Assembly (NCBI GenBank): GCA_964247055.1
Contig: OZ176050.1
Span: 6,944,001 to 7,008,000, forward strand
Reading direction: 5' to 3'
DNA from: Paragordius varius
Taxonomy: Eukaryota > Animalia > Nematomorpha
Length of the DNA: 64,000 bases
A model generated the notes under the pieces. It did not search any database. It was not told where the DNA came from and was given only the letters and a program-made list of their open reading frames with translations. The translations under genes were made by a program, and so were the position numbers. This document shows, piece after piece, positions 1 through 12,875 of this stretch; the first letter of the stretch is position 1; every line of letters begins with the position of its first letter.

Positions 1-149
1 TTTCCATTTAAATAATAATTGTCTTTCAACATTTTTATGTAAATTATAAAAACTTGTTTTATCATGTATCATTGCTGGAATCTTATCTTTTTCTAATTAT
101 ATAGTATATTTAATAATTTTATTACAATTATTAATAAAGTTGAAATAGT

Positions 150-310
150 TTTTTAAAAATAATTTAGAGTCCCAGATATATTCTTCATATCTACAATAAA
201 ACACGGGTGTAATATGATAATTTAACAATATATACATTCATTTCTATATATAAGTGGCTAAAATAGGTGATATCGGTAGACCCATAAGAAGCTCGTCAAC
301 TTGTTTATAA
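150..310 (-). mobile_element. Decayed Penelope-like reverse transcriptase fragment
   Basis: Minus-strand translation of 246-306 gives KQVDELLMGLPISPILATYI, resembling the PLE RT motif YxQxxGxxMGSPLSPxLA. A degenerate YCRYEEYI (RYVDD-like) segment follows near 170-215. Stops and frameshifts are present. Confidence 0.45.
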
Positions 311-829
311 AATTTATCATTAAATTTAAAATAATTATTATTAAAACAAAAGTTAAGTATTTCCAATAATTTAGGATATTTATATATTGTATCATAGTTA
401 ATTTTTGTAACAAAAATAGTACTAAAACTTTAATCGAGAGTATGGGTACATTTAAACCCCAATTGTAAAAGCGTGTTTTAAATAGTTTTTACATGTGAAG
501 TGCATTCACACACATACAAATAATTTATTGATAACGGAACTCCATTTGAGTTCCAAGGCTAACAAATATCCATCGTGTTTTATTATATTTTGATTTCTAA
601 ATTATCTTTTATATAAATACAGATAGCAAATAAATATAGCCATTTTATTTCAATAAAATGGTTATAATTTAAAAAATTAAGTTGGTGGGTTAGCCCCTAA
701 ACTTTATTAAAATTAGTGTAATATTAATGCATTAATCAAATTTACTGCTCTGTGTTACAATAATTTACTAAAAACACCGTTTAAACCTTGTTTTCTATAT
801 TATATATTTTACCAATTGTTTATAACCAG

Positions 830-1368
830 GGCCAATCGGACTTATTGGGAACATTTGAGACCGGCTTCAGGACGTCCGTTTTCTGCCGCTTTATCGAAGC
901 ACCAAGATATGGCCATTCATCCCGGGGTAATTTTCTTATGTGTATGAAAAATGGTTTTCAAACCCCTTTTTACTTGATAATAACCAATTCTTTTTCTTTC
1001 TGACTGCAATCATGACGTATTAATGTTAAAAAATTGCTTCTAAAAGTTTCTAATTACGCAAATTATTATTTTCCTCATTTACCAGCTACAATGTGAAATA
1101 ATAATAAATTTAATTTATCCCACCAACCAATGCTTTTCTTTACAACTATATTTAAAAAAATTTGTCTAAAATGTATGTTTAGGATACTTTGTTGAAACAA
1201 ACGAAGAAAGAAACGAGCGAAGCGGAACAAGCGGCAGTTATAGCTGCTCTTAAAGAAATAGAGCATGATAACTGTCCTCATCATCATAGAAATGGGGGTG
1301 GTGATCATAATGGACATTCTTGCAGTCACCAAAAAAATGATGACCCCCTCATTGATGTCAACTATTGA
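830..1368 (+). CDS. Last two exons of an unidentified protein (5' part unresolved or outside the window)
   Basis: Exons 830-926 (ANRTYWEHLRPASGRPFSAALSKHQDMAIHPG) and 1183-1368 (DTLLKQTKKETSEAEQAAVIAALKEIEHDNCPHHH...DVNY*) have GT-AG boundaries and join in phase 0. Family not recognised. Confidence 0.55.
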
Positions 1369-3789
1369 AAGGTATTGTCTTAACTTACAATGATATAATT
1401 TGCAATAATTTTGTTCATACAATATTTATTAGAATATTACTAAATTTAGTTGTAAATGTTTAACATTCATTGAAAATGGTGATTGTAATATATGCTAATT
1501 TATTTAACAGATATATATATTACTTTCTATCAAGTATTCATACACTTAAATAATTATATTTAGCTATAGTGATATTAATATATGGTTTTATATGATTATG
1601 CACAAATGTCATATTTTATTTTGTATTTGGCACATGCGACTAAACAACCACTTATAGTGGATTGCAATATAGTTTGTTTACAATAAAATGCATTTTGTAA
1701 ATCTTTTTCCAAAATTTCAATAAATGCATGGGTTCTATTATGACTACATACTTATAAAAGTTACTATTAATATCAGATTTTGCAAATCTAAATTTTGAGA
1801 ATAAATACGGTATTCATATTGTGGATACTTACGTGATTGGCTTCATTTTTATATACAATAATTAACCATTAAAAAATATCAGCAAGCCTTGCCTTATGTT
1901 TGGCTAAAGCTTTCGTAACATCAAGAAATTAATCATGAGATGGTTATTTATTTAATAATTCAAAGTGGATATTTGTTAAATTATTAAATATGGACATTCC
2001 AGACCTAACAATATAATATAGACTGTGATGCCTTGCCCGCGCTCGGTAATATATTTCCCAATTTGTTTTAACTAAAATCTGTTTAAAAAAATAATTAGTT
2101 TTGCGCAAATCAAGTTTATTTTTAATAAATTAAGCATAGGGCTCACTAGTAGTCAACCTTAATTCTACATCGTTGGCATTTATTTATATTTAACTTGCAA
2201 CCTGTGATTTTACCACGGATTAAAACTGAAAATTGGTATGTCGAACCAAAACCACTAGCTTATATTGCTACGGTCCAATAATTATATTTTTAATAAACTA
2301 GGTTAACCTATTTTATAAGTGTATTTAATTTAAATATATAATAACAGAGTGAATTTTTTAATTAGTGAAAGCAAGAAATAAAACTTTGCTATTTTTGCTA
2401 CCTATTTTCATTCTATTTAAACGATTAGGGTACCTTAATATTTTTTAAAATAGAACTGGTACTACAATGTTTAAAAATTTTGAAATCGAAACTATTTGGT
2501 ACAAAACCGTTTTGTGAAAAAATCATGACATCAAATACAAATTTATCGCTAAATTGTCGATATAAGTTTTATAGTTAACAGATATTTCATGCGTACAAGA
2601 CCATAACCTATAGAAAAAAATCTTAATTCCACTCATTTAAATTAATCTGGGATCCGTAGATACATTAATACCAATATCTGAATAGTAGAATAGTGAAAAA
2701 ATATTCTATTACAATTTCCGTCCCCTTCCCCTATAAACGCGATTGTTTTTATGACTACAATTATCTCATTATTTAATTACCTTTATTCTATTCGGGAAAG
2801 CGTTCGATAGAGTTTACAAATATTACCATGGGTTTGAGAATCAATTAAATTAAAATTCAAGCCACCCTAATTACAAATTCGGAAGAATCCTAATCCCTAG
2901 GAGTACATCAGCGATAAACTTGGCCTTAGGTTATCAAACACAATTACGCGCAACGCACCTTCAAGCTTATCGAATCAAATATTAGCAGGCGTAATATTTT
3001 GACTGCAAGTTTAAAATTTAATCAAAAAATTATGCTGATTACACTGACTGAATTCAAGATAATTACCTAATAAAAATTGGTTAAATAATAAATATACTTT
3101 TGCTAAGTTTGCAATATGTTTTATAAATCTATCATAGGCAGCTTAACTAATGATATTTGTATACAAAAATACAATCGTTACAGATAAATTAATTAAATAT
3201 CATAATTTTTAATGTAGTGTAAAAAATAGAATAAGCGTAAAACCAATTTTATTATGAATACTCCAGGCTAAACAGTTTATTAATACAGATAACCACATAA
3301 GTCGTTGATTAGTCCTCTACGGAATAACAGAAATCTCTGCAAAAAGACATACAAGTCAACCAAATAACATAATAGAATGAAAAACTATGTTTCTATCGCA
3401 TGAATATCCATATAAACAAGCAGTTGTCATCGTTTTTCCTGAAAGGGTTAGCCCTATCTTCCGATCTCACTTAACCTAAATTTAAGCTCAAATAAATTTT
3501 CCAAAAAGATGTACTATTGAAAATCTATAATAGCATTTTAACATTGATATCTAACGATGGTCAACCATCAACGAAAATTGTAAAGCTGTTATTTCATATA
3601 AATAATGAGTTTAAACAAAAATAGGCTAAACAGTTTTATACAGAACTATAGGTTAGGTCCTTACGATTCACATATGTACGCTGAAATAATTATTCTGTAT
3701 ATGCTTGGTTTCGTTAGAATTAGTAAGAGACGCCCTGTTCGGGCATCGGTATTACTGATTAGACCCTTTTAGTAATACACAACAAATTT

Positions 3790-4140
3790 GCCACTTGAGT
3801 TTTTTGCATTTTCTAATATTTTCCATCATTTTAACAGTAAATCAGAATTAAAAATCATAATTCCACCAAATGTTTTTCTTTGAAAATATACAAGAATTGC
3901 TCGTTTGTAATATATCATATTCGAAAGAGTAATAAAAACTCTATAAATTGTTTACCAATGTTTTACATCAACAGTTAATATTGAAGGGAAGCGCCAAACC
4001 CGCGAAGCCAAAAATTATCGATGAACCCTAGTAAAATAAAATTCTTAGGTGTAGACCAATTTTCTTTTCAGACATCTTTAATGAAATATAAATTTACATG
4101 AATGGGAGTTAAAAAAGTCAAACTTTGTTGTCTAATGTAA
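3790..4140 (+). repeat. Unclassified dispersed repeat (family E), copy 1
   Basis: Colinear similarity to 31110-32050, with shared blocks such as TCGAAAGAGTAATAAAAACTCTATAA, CGCGAAGC and CCAAAAATTATCGAT...TTCTTAGGT. Confidence 0.65.
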
Positions 4141-4311
4141 TTGATATGTTAAACAATTATATTTAATTTTAATAAGTTTATTAAAGAAAATGGCTAAATA
4201 AATGTTTGTCTATTTACAACCGTGAGCGAGCCGAGATAAGCTCTTTTGATAAAATTTATAAGATATCGATAAATATTCAATATATCTTATTTAAGTTTTG
4301 TATAAAATAAG

Positions 4312-4648
4312 TTATTTGTCAGTTTTGGCCAAAATACTTTTCAAGTCTCTATATAATTAAATATTAAAAACTTAATCTTCTTGTGAATATATTCCATATC
4401 TTTGCGTAAATTTAAAAGTATAACAGAATAGTTCTTAAGTATAGAAGATGTGTATTCATATCGTTCCTTCAGCAAATAATTCAAATTCATCAAGGTTTCA
4501 TTAGATTTTTCTAATCGTTCAACGCTTAAATATTATATTAAAAATACACATTATTTTGCAGATGGGATATTGATTTCAAACCATCTTTGTTATTGAAGTT
4601 GCCCAAATCCTTAAAAAAATTAACAAATCCATCGCTATATTCTCCCAT
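4312..4648 (-). CDS. KXD1: KxDL motif-containing protein 1 (BORC subunit), 3 exons, 96 aa
   Basis: Exons 4548-4648, 4372-4524 and 4312-4348 joined by two 23-nt GT-AG introns. Product ...VERLEKSNETLMNLNYLLKERYEYTSSILKNYSVILLNLRKDMEYIHKKIKDLKSILAK matches the KxDL pattern RFEKTNEMLLNFN...MKRDLDSIFRRI. Confidence 0.85.
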
Positions 4649-4681
4649 TCATTAAAATCATACGTGCCCCGAATCGAAGAA

Positions 4682-6878
4682 ATGTCCACGCTAGTCCGTA
4701 AAACTGATGAACCAATCAAACACACAACGTTTAACATATTATTAATTTTTTAGCAATCCAACCAGCACTGGTACATCAGTGATTGGTTTTATTTATGAAA
4801 ATGGGATCATTTTTGCTTCTGATACCATGGTATCTTATGGGAACATGTTAAGATACTTTAATTTTTCGCGACTCATTAAAATTAATGAAAAAACATGCCT
4901 TTCTTTTACGGGAGATATTGCAGATTTTCAGTACTTACAAAAAATTATTGATGAAAAAGTGTAAGTGTTGTTTTAATGTAAATATAGGATACAAGAAACT
5001 TGTTTTAATGACGGTTTTGTTTTGGATGCTCTCGAATGGCATACGTATTTAACGCGTATACTTTACTATAAACGAAGTCGCTTAACTCCCATATGGAATA
5101 TCATAATTATTGGTGGTATTACCAATAACGGAGATAAGTACATTTTTAAAACTTTTATTTGCCATAAGTCTAAATTTTAAATTAATCATAGGGTATGGTT
5201 TTTACCGGTTAAATAACATTTTGAAAAGTTTATAGCATATTAACACTCCATTACCTTATAAGGTAGTTTTATATCTCAGAGCGATTTGAAATCAAATGTC
5301 TATTTAAGGTATTAAGCCGAATTAATATGTATCTTTAGCCTTCTAGGCGCTATACAAAAATTTTTTAAAAATGTAAAATTGTAAAAAAATCCTCACTTCA
5401 AACTTTTTTGCCGCCATTTTTTTCTATATTTTTTTTTAAATCGCTAACGCAAGGTAATTGAATGTGTATTATGGTTAGAAAATGATTAACTTAAAAAGCT
5501 TTCAGCCTAGATATAACCAGCAAATACTTGATATATGTTAATTTTAATATCAGCTGTTTCAGTCGTGTTTCGGAGCTGTCCCAATTTTAGACTCTAGAAG
5601 TCAAAAATAAAAAATATAAGCTTTTTTTGTAATATACGAGAACAATGTTTGATAATTAAATTGTAACTATTACTTTCAAAAGTGGAGTTAATTTACAAAA
5701 TTGAGCTCTGGGATATAAAACTATTCCAATATGTAAACTAACAAAAAAGTGAAGTAATGAAGTGTTAATAACGATGAATTATCAAGTATTTTATTATTTT
5801 ATATCACTTAACTACATTGTTAATTAAATAAGATTTTTGGGCTACATTGACATGTATGGAGTTGGTTACACGGCTCCTGTGATTTCTACTGGTTTTGGAG
5901 GGATGTTAGTGCAGGTACTATTTATATAAATTAAACAATAAAAAGTAATTTAGAAGAAAATTAATTTAATTTCTCACTATTCTTTGGATAGGGTATTTTA
6001 TTGGAATAATAATCTCTGCATATAGCTTCGTTATCAAAAAGTAATGGATTTAAAGCTTTTGGTTTTTTTATTTGGCCATCTGTTAGATTGACAGTGTTGT
6101 AATAATTTAACAACTTTTTAATATCAATTATTTAAAATCTAATTATGAGTGAATATGAGAATCGATTACTCGGATTAAGCTTCAATAAAATAGCTTACAA
6201 AATGTTTGCAATTTCTTTGAAGGCAAGTATATATGTGCTATATTCAATTGGGTTTTTTTAAAACTTTTTAACCGTTGCCTTAATTATAATCTAACTTAAT
6301 TAAATTTAAAGGGAATATATTATATATATAAAATTATTTTTCCATTTATGGTAAAATAAATTGTAGGTGATTTACTTATACCAAAATTATATATAGAAAT
6401 GGATATACAATTTGGTTAATCTTAAATATTCGTCTATTGTAGTTATTTAATTTATATTACAATTCACTTATTACTTTTTTCAAAAAAAATTAGCCATTAT
6501 TGCGTGAAAGTCTTGAAAATAAACCCCTTCCAAACGAAAAAGATGCATTACAACTTATGAGACGTTGTATGCGATTACTCTATCTCAGGAATACAAAATC
6601 CTTTAACAAAGTAAATATGTTGATAAAAATTATTTTTTATTGTACATTATGTATATTATTTGAATTAACATTCGCATATATGGTGTTTCTATTTTTTTCA
6701 CAGTTCAATATAGCACTTGTAACCAAAGATGGAATAAACATAAGTGAGCCAGAGTCTATTGGAGCTGATTGGAACATTGCAAAATATGTAGTGTAAGTTT
6801 TTCATATATCTTTTGACTTTTTATTATAAAATTATATATCCATTTTTTTTCTATTTATATTTTAGTGGCTATGAATAG
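4682..6878 (+). CDS. PSMB4: 20S proteasome subunit beta type-4 (beta7), 7 exons, 234 aa
   Basis: Exons 4682-4728, 4754-4960, 4988-5137, 5833-5914, 6494-6610, 6704-6792, 6866-6878 (705 nt, in frame). Motifs NPTSTGTSVIG, GDIADFQYL, FLGYIDMYG, PLLRESLE, RCMRLLYLRN and WNIAKYVVGYE match beta7. Confidence 0.97.
5244..5764. mobile_element. TTAA-flanked piggyBac-like MITE (family A2) in PSMB4 intron 3
   Basis: TTAA at 5240-5243 and 5765-5768. TIR CACTCCATTAC / GTAATGAAGTG. Internal inverted repeat TAGTTTTATATC(T/C)CAGAGC at unequal distances from the two ends. Confidence 0.75.
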
Positions 6879-7288
6879 AAGAGGGACACACTATTTTTTC
6901 ATTATCATGTGTATTCAATATCAATTTACTAAAAAATAAATTTTCCGCTTGAATTTATTTCTTGTGATTTAATTCAGACAATAGTAAAAATGTTTTTTGT
7001 TTGTGGTCACGTCCATTGTTGAGGAAAAAATAGGGTACTTTCTATAAAAATAAACACAAAATATGAGATTAATAAAATATATTTATTTTCTAACAAAGTT
7101 AACATAAAATTATGATTTCCAATTAAACCTTACTTTTTAATAGGTTCATAAAATCTCAATGCCATGAATTGAAAAATTAAATAATCAAAAATGGAAATAG
7201 CTATATATTTTTGAAGTATCAAAATAATTTTTTTTCCTAATTTACCTACCCTTGATTATTAAAACCCACTGGGAGCGATTTTCCTTAT

Positions 7289-7872
7289 TTACAAAGAAAT
7301 ACAAATAAAATAATTACGCGAAAGGTTTACCTATAAAATATATTTATTTAATCTTATTGTCCATCATTATATTTTGCTATTATATGTATGTTTACGATTA
7401 AAATAGTAAAATATACCATTAACACTTCAAATTCGCCTAAACAAATGAAATTCACCCTTAAATAATTCAAATTCACCCTAATAATAAATTATGTATTTTC
7501 GGGCTAATATAACCCATAATTATTATTTCTTATGTTAATTTTAAAACAAAAAGTATATATATTATTATTAATATACAAAAAACATTAATTTAAGGGGGAA
7601 TATGAATTTTTTGAAGTCCAAATTCGAATTGTTATAGGGTTTGAGGTGTAAATGGTATACTTAAATAAAACGTAAAATTTAATTATTACGGGAAAGGCTT
7701 GTCGTAATTGTTCAATATCCGACGTGGTGTATAAATGACCTATGGCCGCATTTATATCATGAATAGTTATGCCGACAACATATAAGTTTGGTATTTCCTT
7801 AGGAGGAACAATTGGACTTTCGTGGGATTCAATAGTAGTTTGAGTTTTGTTCTGAAATAAAAGGAGTTTGAT

Positions 7873-7915
<43 letters not shown>

Positions 7916-10900
7916 TAAATATATAATCAAAAAGGTTTACGCTATGATTGAGGTATATTAGATCGACAATACTTATGATAGTTTCTTTGAGAAGATATCC
8001 AATAATATCTAGTAAATGATCATCCACTTCTATTTTATTAGTGGATGTTGTTGTTGCAGAGGCCATTATATACGCTTTTAATTTGTGCTTATTTTTGATA
8101 AATCTAAACAAAGCATTTAATGAATAATAATTAATGCGAGGAGTAAAAATACACCTTGCGATTATTCGCATAAAATGACCAATTTAGTATCACTTATAAA
8201 ATGAACAAAGAATAATCATTTCCATAAATTTTCTTATTGGACGTACTAATTCTGCAACATAAGTATAAAAACAAAGTAGTCACATCAAATATAATTTAAT
8301 CTAAAAATTAAGTCAATACAAAAATAGTAGGGTAGACACCTTATATCCAGATGAGAAAACACATGAATCATTTCATGACCCTTTTGTAAAAATATAAATT
8401 CTTTTTTTAATTTAAAGAAACGAGTTTGTTAATATTTAAACTTGATACTACCCATGGAATATATAGATAAATAAGTGCTTAATAACTGAAACATCAATTT
8501 TAATAATCGGTTTAAAAATAAAATAACAAACCATTTATCAGCGGTTTTTGTCATAAATCCACGAACCGCGACTTTATAATAATTGAAATAATTTTATATT
8601 TTACTGTTAGCAGGAATCGGAAAAAACAAACCCGGTTCAATTGGACAAAATAATCAATTTAATTTCTGGACCAAGAATCTAATTTAGGTTTTTTTATAAC
8701 TCATACCACAAAATATAGACTGTAAAAATTATTTATTTTTACTAAAAATTAAAATCTAAAAAATAATTATTATACTTTAATGAAAAGAATATTACAAAAT
8801 TGGATATATAATTATAGAAAAAATTAATTAATTATCATATTAAAACCGTTAAAAAATGAAAAAGGGGTTTAGTACCATTTTTGAAATTGTTATGATGCCA
8901 AAAAAATAATCGCGGTTAACTTAATATAATATATCATTTACATTAAAAAATCACCCTTGATTTCAAAATCCACCCCCGAACATTTTAAACTCACACCTAA
9001 ACATTTCGAATTCATCGCATAAATAGATATTTTTGGACTAATTGGTAGTATTTTTTATGACATAATTTTAAACAAAATTTCACTTGTTAATATTAAAAAT
9101 ATAGGTAAGTTTTAATATTCGCCTAATTTATTTTAGGGTAAATTTAAATATCAAAAAATTAATGGTGTCGGTTCGAATAACATTATTAATTTATGACTGA
9201 CTATATCATATATTAATTACCCTTCTATTTTTTGTTTCTTTTGTAATATGTATTGAGATGGAGATATGTTATTGGATATGAAATTTAATCTCTCATGCCT
9301 AGCTACCAATTCAGGGTCTGGTAAACTATATGCTTTAATCTTGTCAATAACTTCAGGATCAGATAATTCTTTCAAATAACTCCAACATTCGTCCACCGAA
9401 AATTCTTTGGATTTGGCTAAAATTAATACGGAAAAAATATAGCAAACAAAGCTTTTGCAACAATTATAAAATTACAAAAAATCGATAAGAAATCAATTAA
9501 ATTTATTGCATATATTGTTGTGTAAATTCAAAAAAAGAATCTGATCAAAATTCAACTGATAAAATTCGTGAATCAACAAAAAAAGAGTTAGGTCAATCAG
9601 CATCGCAATGTCGCCTATATCACTTATCAGATATATGGTAAACTCTCAGTGGTATCCAACCCACATTATTAGAGTCCGCGAAAACATTGAAGAAAGGAAA
9701 AATATACAATATTTTATGAGAAATATTCTAGTATTTATAAATTTCATTATTTCCTTTTGAAACATTATTTTTCAATGATGGAAATAATATGAACACCATT
9801 TGTTTGGTAGAGGCCGTTAAATATCTATATATACAACATATTACTCTTGATAGGATTTCGTAAATCACTGGTACTTCCTTAAGGCAAAAAATATAAATTT
9901 TTCCATATTTTAATAGACATCCGGAAAGATAGGTAGGTCTAAATTTTTTTATTGAAGTTAAACTTAATTGCTTGATTTATAAAAATGTAATCGGAAATTT
10001 TTTATACGTTGCGAAAGGAGTAACCTAAATTCGTGGTCGTAAATTTTTTTGCAGTCCCATAATAGAAACATAATAAAATATTCATGAATGCTAATTTGTT
10101 ATATTTTTCATAATGCGGCCCACCGATTCAATCATATGACCCAGGGAGCCATTGTGTTGCAAAGCCCTGCTCTAAACGGTATGTAAACGATTGACTCCAA
10201 ATATGTGGTTGTTTTTTGTATATCTACATAGTCTATCACCACGTTCCCATAAAATAATTCACTGGTCTTAGAAAGCGAACGGAGTTTCGGATTCTCTAGT
10301 CAAAATAGTAGGTAACATTTTCTAAAATTACGGGTTTTATACCTGGCTAAACTCAAAGAAACTTTTTTGGAAACAAGCTTTAAAAAATATTGAAATGTTT
10401 GACGAGAAACATCTACAAAGAAAGGGGGTAAATTTTAAATGCCAAACATATCTACCCAGGCGTATAGCCGGCCTCAACCGGATAAAATACGCCACAGAAA
10501 CGTGACCCCTTTAACAGATGCGTTTTATGAAAAACATTTCACTCCACAATTTTAAAAAAAATCTCACTATTTATGATAGATGTAAAACTTAAATATATTT
10601 GATAAAGTCAAATTATTTTAAATGAAAAATCCACCAAATTAAAAGCAAGGCTATTAAGGATGAAATTTGTGCGCATAACACAAGAAATAAGAGTAGAAAA
10701 ACGTCAGAAATCTAGAATCTTGTTTCACCCGACCAGTCTTAGGTCGTGACCCAAATATTAATGAAACCATATTAAATTTGTCAGATTCGCTTGATGGGAT
10801 CGTTATAAATTGGTTATATAGAATTAAAAACGCTTAATTATTTGAGATACATGATACATATTGCAAAGTAAGCCTGTGCGGGTATAAGCGATGAGAGACT

Positions 10901-11329
10901 AAATGACTAATTAAATTTATGTAAAAGTAACATTTTTTAATTAGATGCCAATTCGCTCAACATTGTTAGCAATGACTTTATAATGATAAACCTTTTTGAA
11001 TGAAATCAGATCCATATGCATATTTTGCTGCCATAAACAAATTTTTATCATCCATCCATTTAATAAAACGTTGTATCTGTACAAAATTATAATTAAATAA
11101 TTTCAGGATATTCTGATAATTATTTTTATAGCCGATGTTTGAAATCTAAATTTATTCATATAATTTTACTATAAAATCCAACTCTTCTCTGACAATAATA
11201 TTTAATAAATATAGCGTATCATCGAATGATTTATGTTTGTCACCAAAAATTGATCTATATATTATATTTGTATTACAATATAGATTGTATTTCAGATTTA
11301 AAAGAATATTTTTCAAAATCTAGGACCAT
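7289..11329 (-). CDS. SUPT3H: SAGA histone-fold subunit Spt3 homolog, 7 exons, ~301 aa
   Basis: Exons 11277-11329, 11170-11254, 10992-11145, 9221-9416, 7941-8154, 7690-7851 and 7289-7330 (last exon least certain). YSFKSEIQSILSIFGD..DTLYLLNIIVREEL, DPELVARHER, LDIIGYLLKETIISIVDL and ITIHDINAAI align with the Spt3 motifs SFATELQSMMYSLGD, DEVKQERMER, MEILAYLAYETVAQLVDL and IQPCHIREAI. Confidence 0.85.
7414..7657. mobile_element. Foldback-like MITE (family B) in last SUPT3H intron
   Basis: Ends TACCATTAACA / TGTAAATGGTA flanked by TA. Subterminal TTCAAATTCACCC repeats. Confidence 0.75.
7881..7910. repeat. (TA)15 microsatellite in SUPT3H intron 5
   Basis: Perfect TA dinucleotide run. Confidence 0.95.
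8931..9165. mobile_element. Degenerate family B MITE in SUPT3H intron 4
   Basis: Degenerate TATCATTTACA start, eroded AAATTCACCC-like units, and GGGTAAATTT near the far end. Confidence 0.45.
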
Positions 11330-11745
11330 AACTTTTAAATTGTGCACATGTTTTTACGATGCCAAGAATCAGATTATGATTTGGAATAAAGGATAAAGTT
11401 AACCTTCTTATATGGGTTTTTTGACCCCACAATTATAGAAACAAAAGTATCTATGACAGGCTAAATTTAAAATGCAAGATAATATATAGGGGATAAAAAT
11501 GTGAAATTTTGTATCTCAAAGTTGCAGCCATCTGCGAATTTTTAAAATGGCAACACTGGCAGTTAAAATATATTATGGTTTACCTCATTAACCTTTTAAA
11601 TGGGTAGTTTTTGATACAAAGTCAGATAACCGGATACCACAGGCCAATTAGAACACTCTGATTCAAATTGGGGTATCTAAATACCCGAAACAATATTTAA
11701 AATGATATTATTAAAATACTACTGAAAGAAAGGGCTTTGATTTAA

Positions 11746-12875
11746 CACTTGGATACAATACACTCATTTTAGTCCTTCGATTAAAATTGGGGTAGTTAAA
11801 TACCCTAAGCCTGTTTAAAATTAAGTTTTTTAAAAAATATAGAAGGAATAGAAACCATTGAAAATTTTGCACTTATATAACTGTGATTAACCGTAATATA
11901 TAAAAAAATTCATTCGATTTTCCTTATTTTAAGGCAAAACCCCAAGGTAAAAATTTAGCCAACTTGACATGTGTGCAGTGAAATTTAATGCAATAAAACC
12001 ACTTTTTCTATTTCTATCTCTGTTAAAAGTAATTTAAATAAAAATTAGCTTTAACTTTACCTTAAAATTTAACACTTCGATTCAAATTGGGGTATCTTAA
12101 TACCCCAGACTAAATTTGAGTTAGGAATTTTACAAAAAACTACTGAATGAAACGGTCCTAATTTATATTCATGCTTCTACCTTAATAAAAATTGTATTAA
12201 TATGTCAAAATTTCTAAACAAAATTTTGTTTTGAAAAAAATGTTTTATGTCAAACTATTTCGACGCCATTTTTATTTTACAAATTTTTTCGCAAAATATT
12301 GTTCAATTAATTTTGAGGGTAAAATCAAGGCTAAATTTTTATTTTAATTGCATCTCAGTTTGGTAGAAATAAAAAAAGCTTATTTTGTATTATTTTTTAA
12401 TTTTACCATTGAGCACATGTCACATTGACTAAATTTTTACCTTTCGGTTTTAGCTTAAAATTAGTAATATCAAGTATTTTTGAATAAAATTTTTTATATA
12501 TTTCGGTTTATTAATGTTATATAAGTGCAAAATTTTGCCATGGTTTCGATTCTTTCCGTATTTTTTTAAGAATTTAATTTTAAACAGGCTTGAGGTATTC
12601 TACCCTAATTTGAATCAAGGACTAAAATGAATGTGTTGTATCCAAATGCTAAATAAACACGATATTTTGCAAAAGTTTTGTAAAATAAAAATGGCGTCGA
12701 AGTAGTTTGACATGGAACTTTTTTTTTCAAAAAATTTTATTTTAGCTTATTTATATATTTTTTTATAGGATAGAAGCATAAATTTAAATTGATACCGTTT
12801 CCTTCAGTAGTTTTTTAAAAAATTTTACTTAAATTTAGTCGGGGGTATTTAGATACCCCAATTCCAATTAAAGTG
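11746..12875 (-). mobile_element. piggyBac-like MITE family A, reverse copy interrupted by a nested family A copy
   Basis: TTAA-CACTTGGATACAATACAC start. The sequence resumes after 12652 and ends at AAGTG-CTAA (12875). Confidence 0.8.
12073..12648 (+). mobile_element. piggyBac-like MITE family A, forward copy nested at a TTAA inside another copy
   Basis: TTAA-CACTTCGATTCAAATTGGGG start and ATCCAAATG-CTAA end. The flanks rejoin to the family A internal sequence CCTTAAAATTTAAATAAACACG. Confidence 0.85.

Noticed and set aside
788-1003. 71-aa plus ORF
   Set aside because: Wrong frame. The phased exon 830-926 uses another frame and the rest is intron.
1075-1422. 115-aa minus ORF with an ion-channel S4-like RLFRFARFFLRL segment
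   Set aside because: It is the antisense shadow of the plus-strand exon 1183-1368, which has proper splice signals and a more natural composition.
5915-6493. Possible snoRNA or nested mini-ORF (MSEYENRLL..., 38 aa) in PSMB4 intron 4
   Set aside because: No convincing C/D or H/ACA box pair with terminal stem, and the ORF is short with no homology.
7585-7689. C-terminal part of ORF 7585-7881, and MRIIAR at 8171 as a start
   Set aside because: The tail is intron and MITE sequence. Both ORFs are internal exons of SUPT3H.
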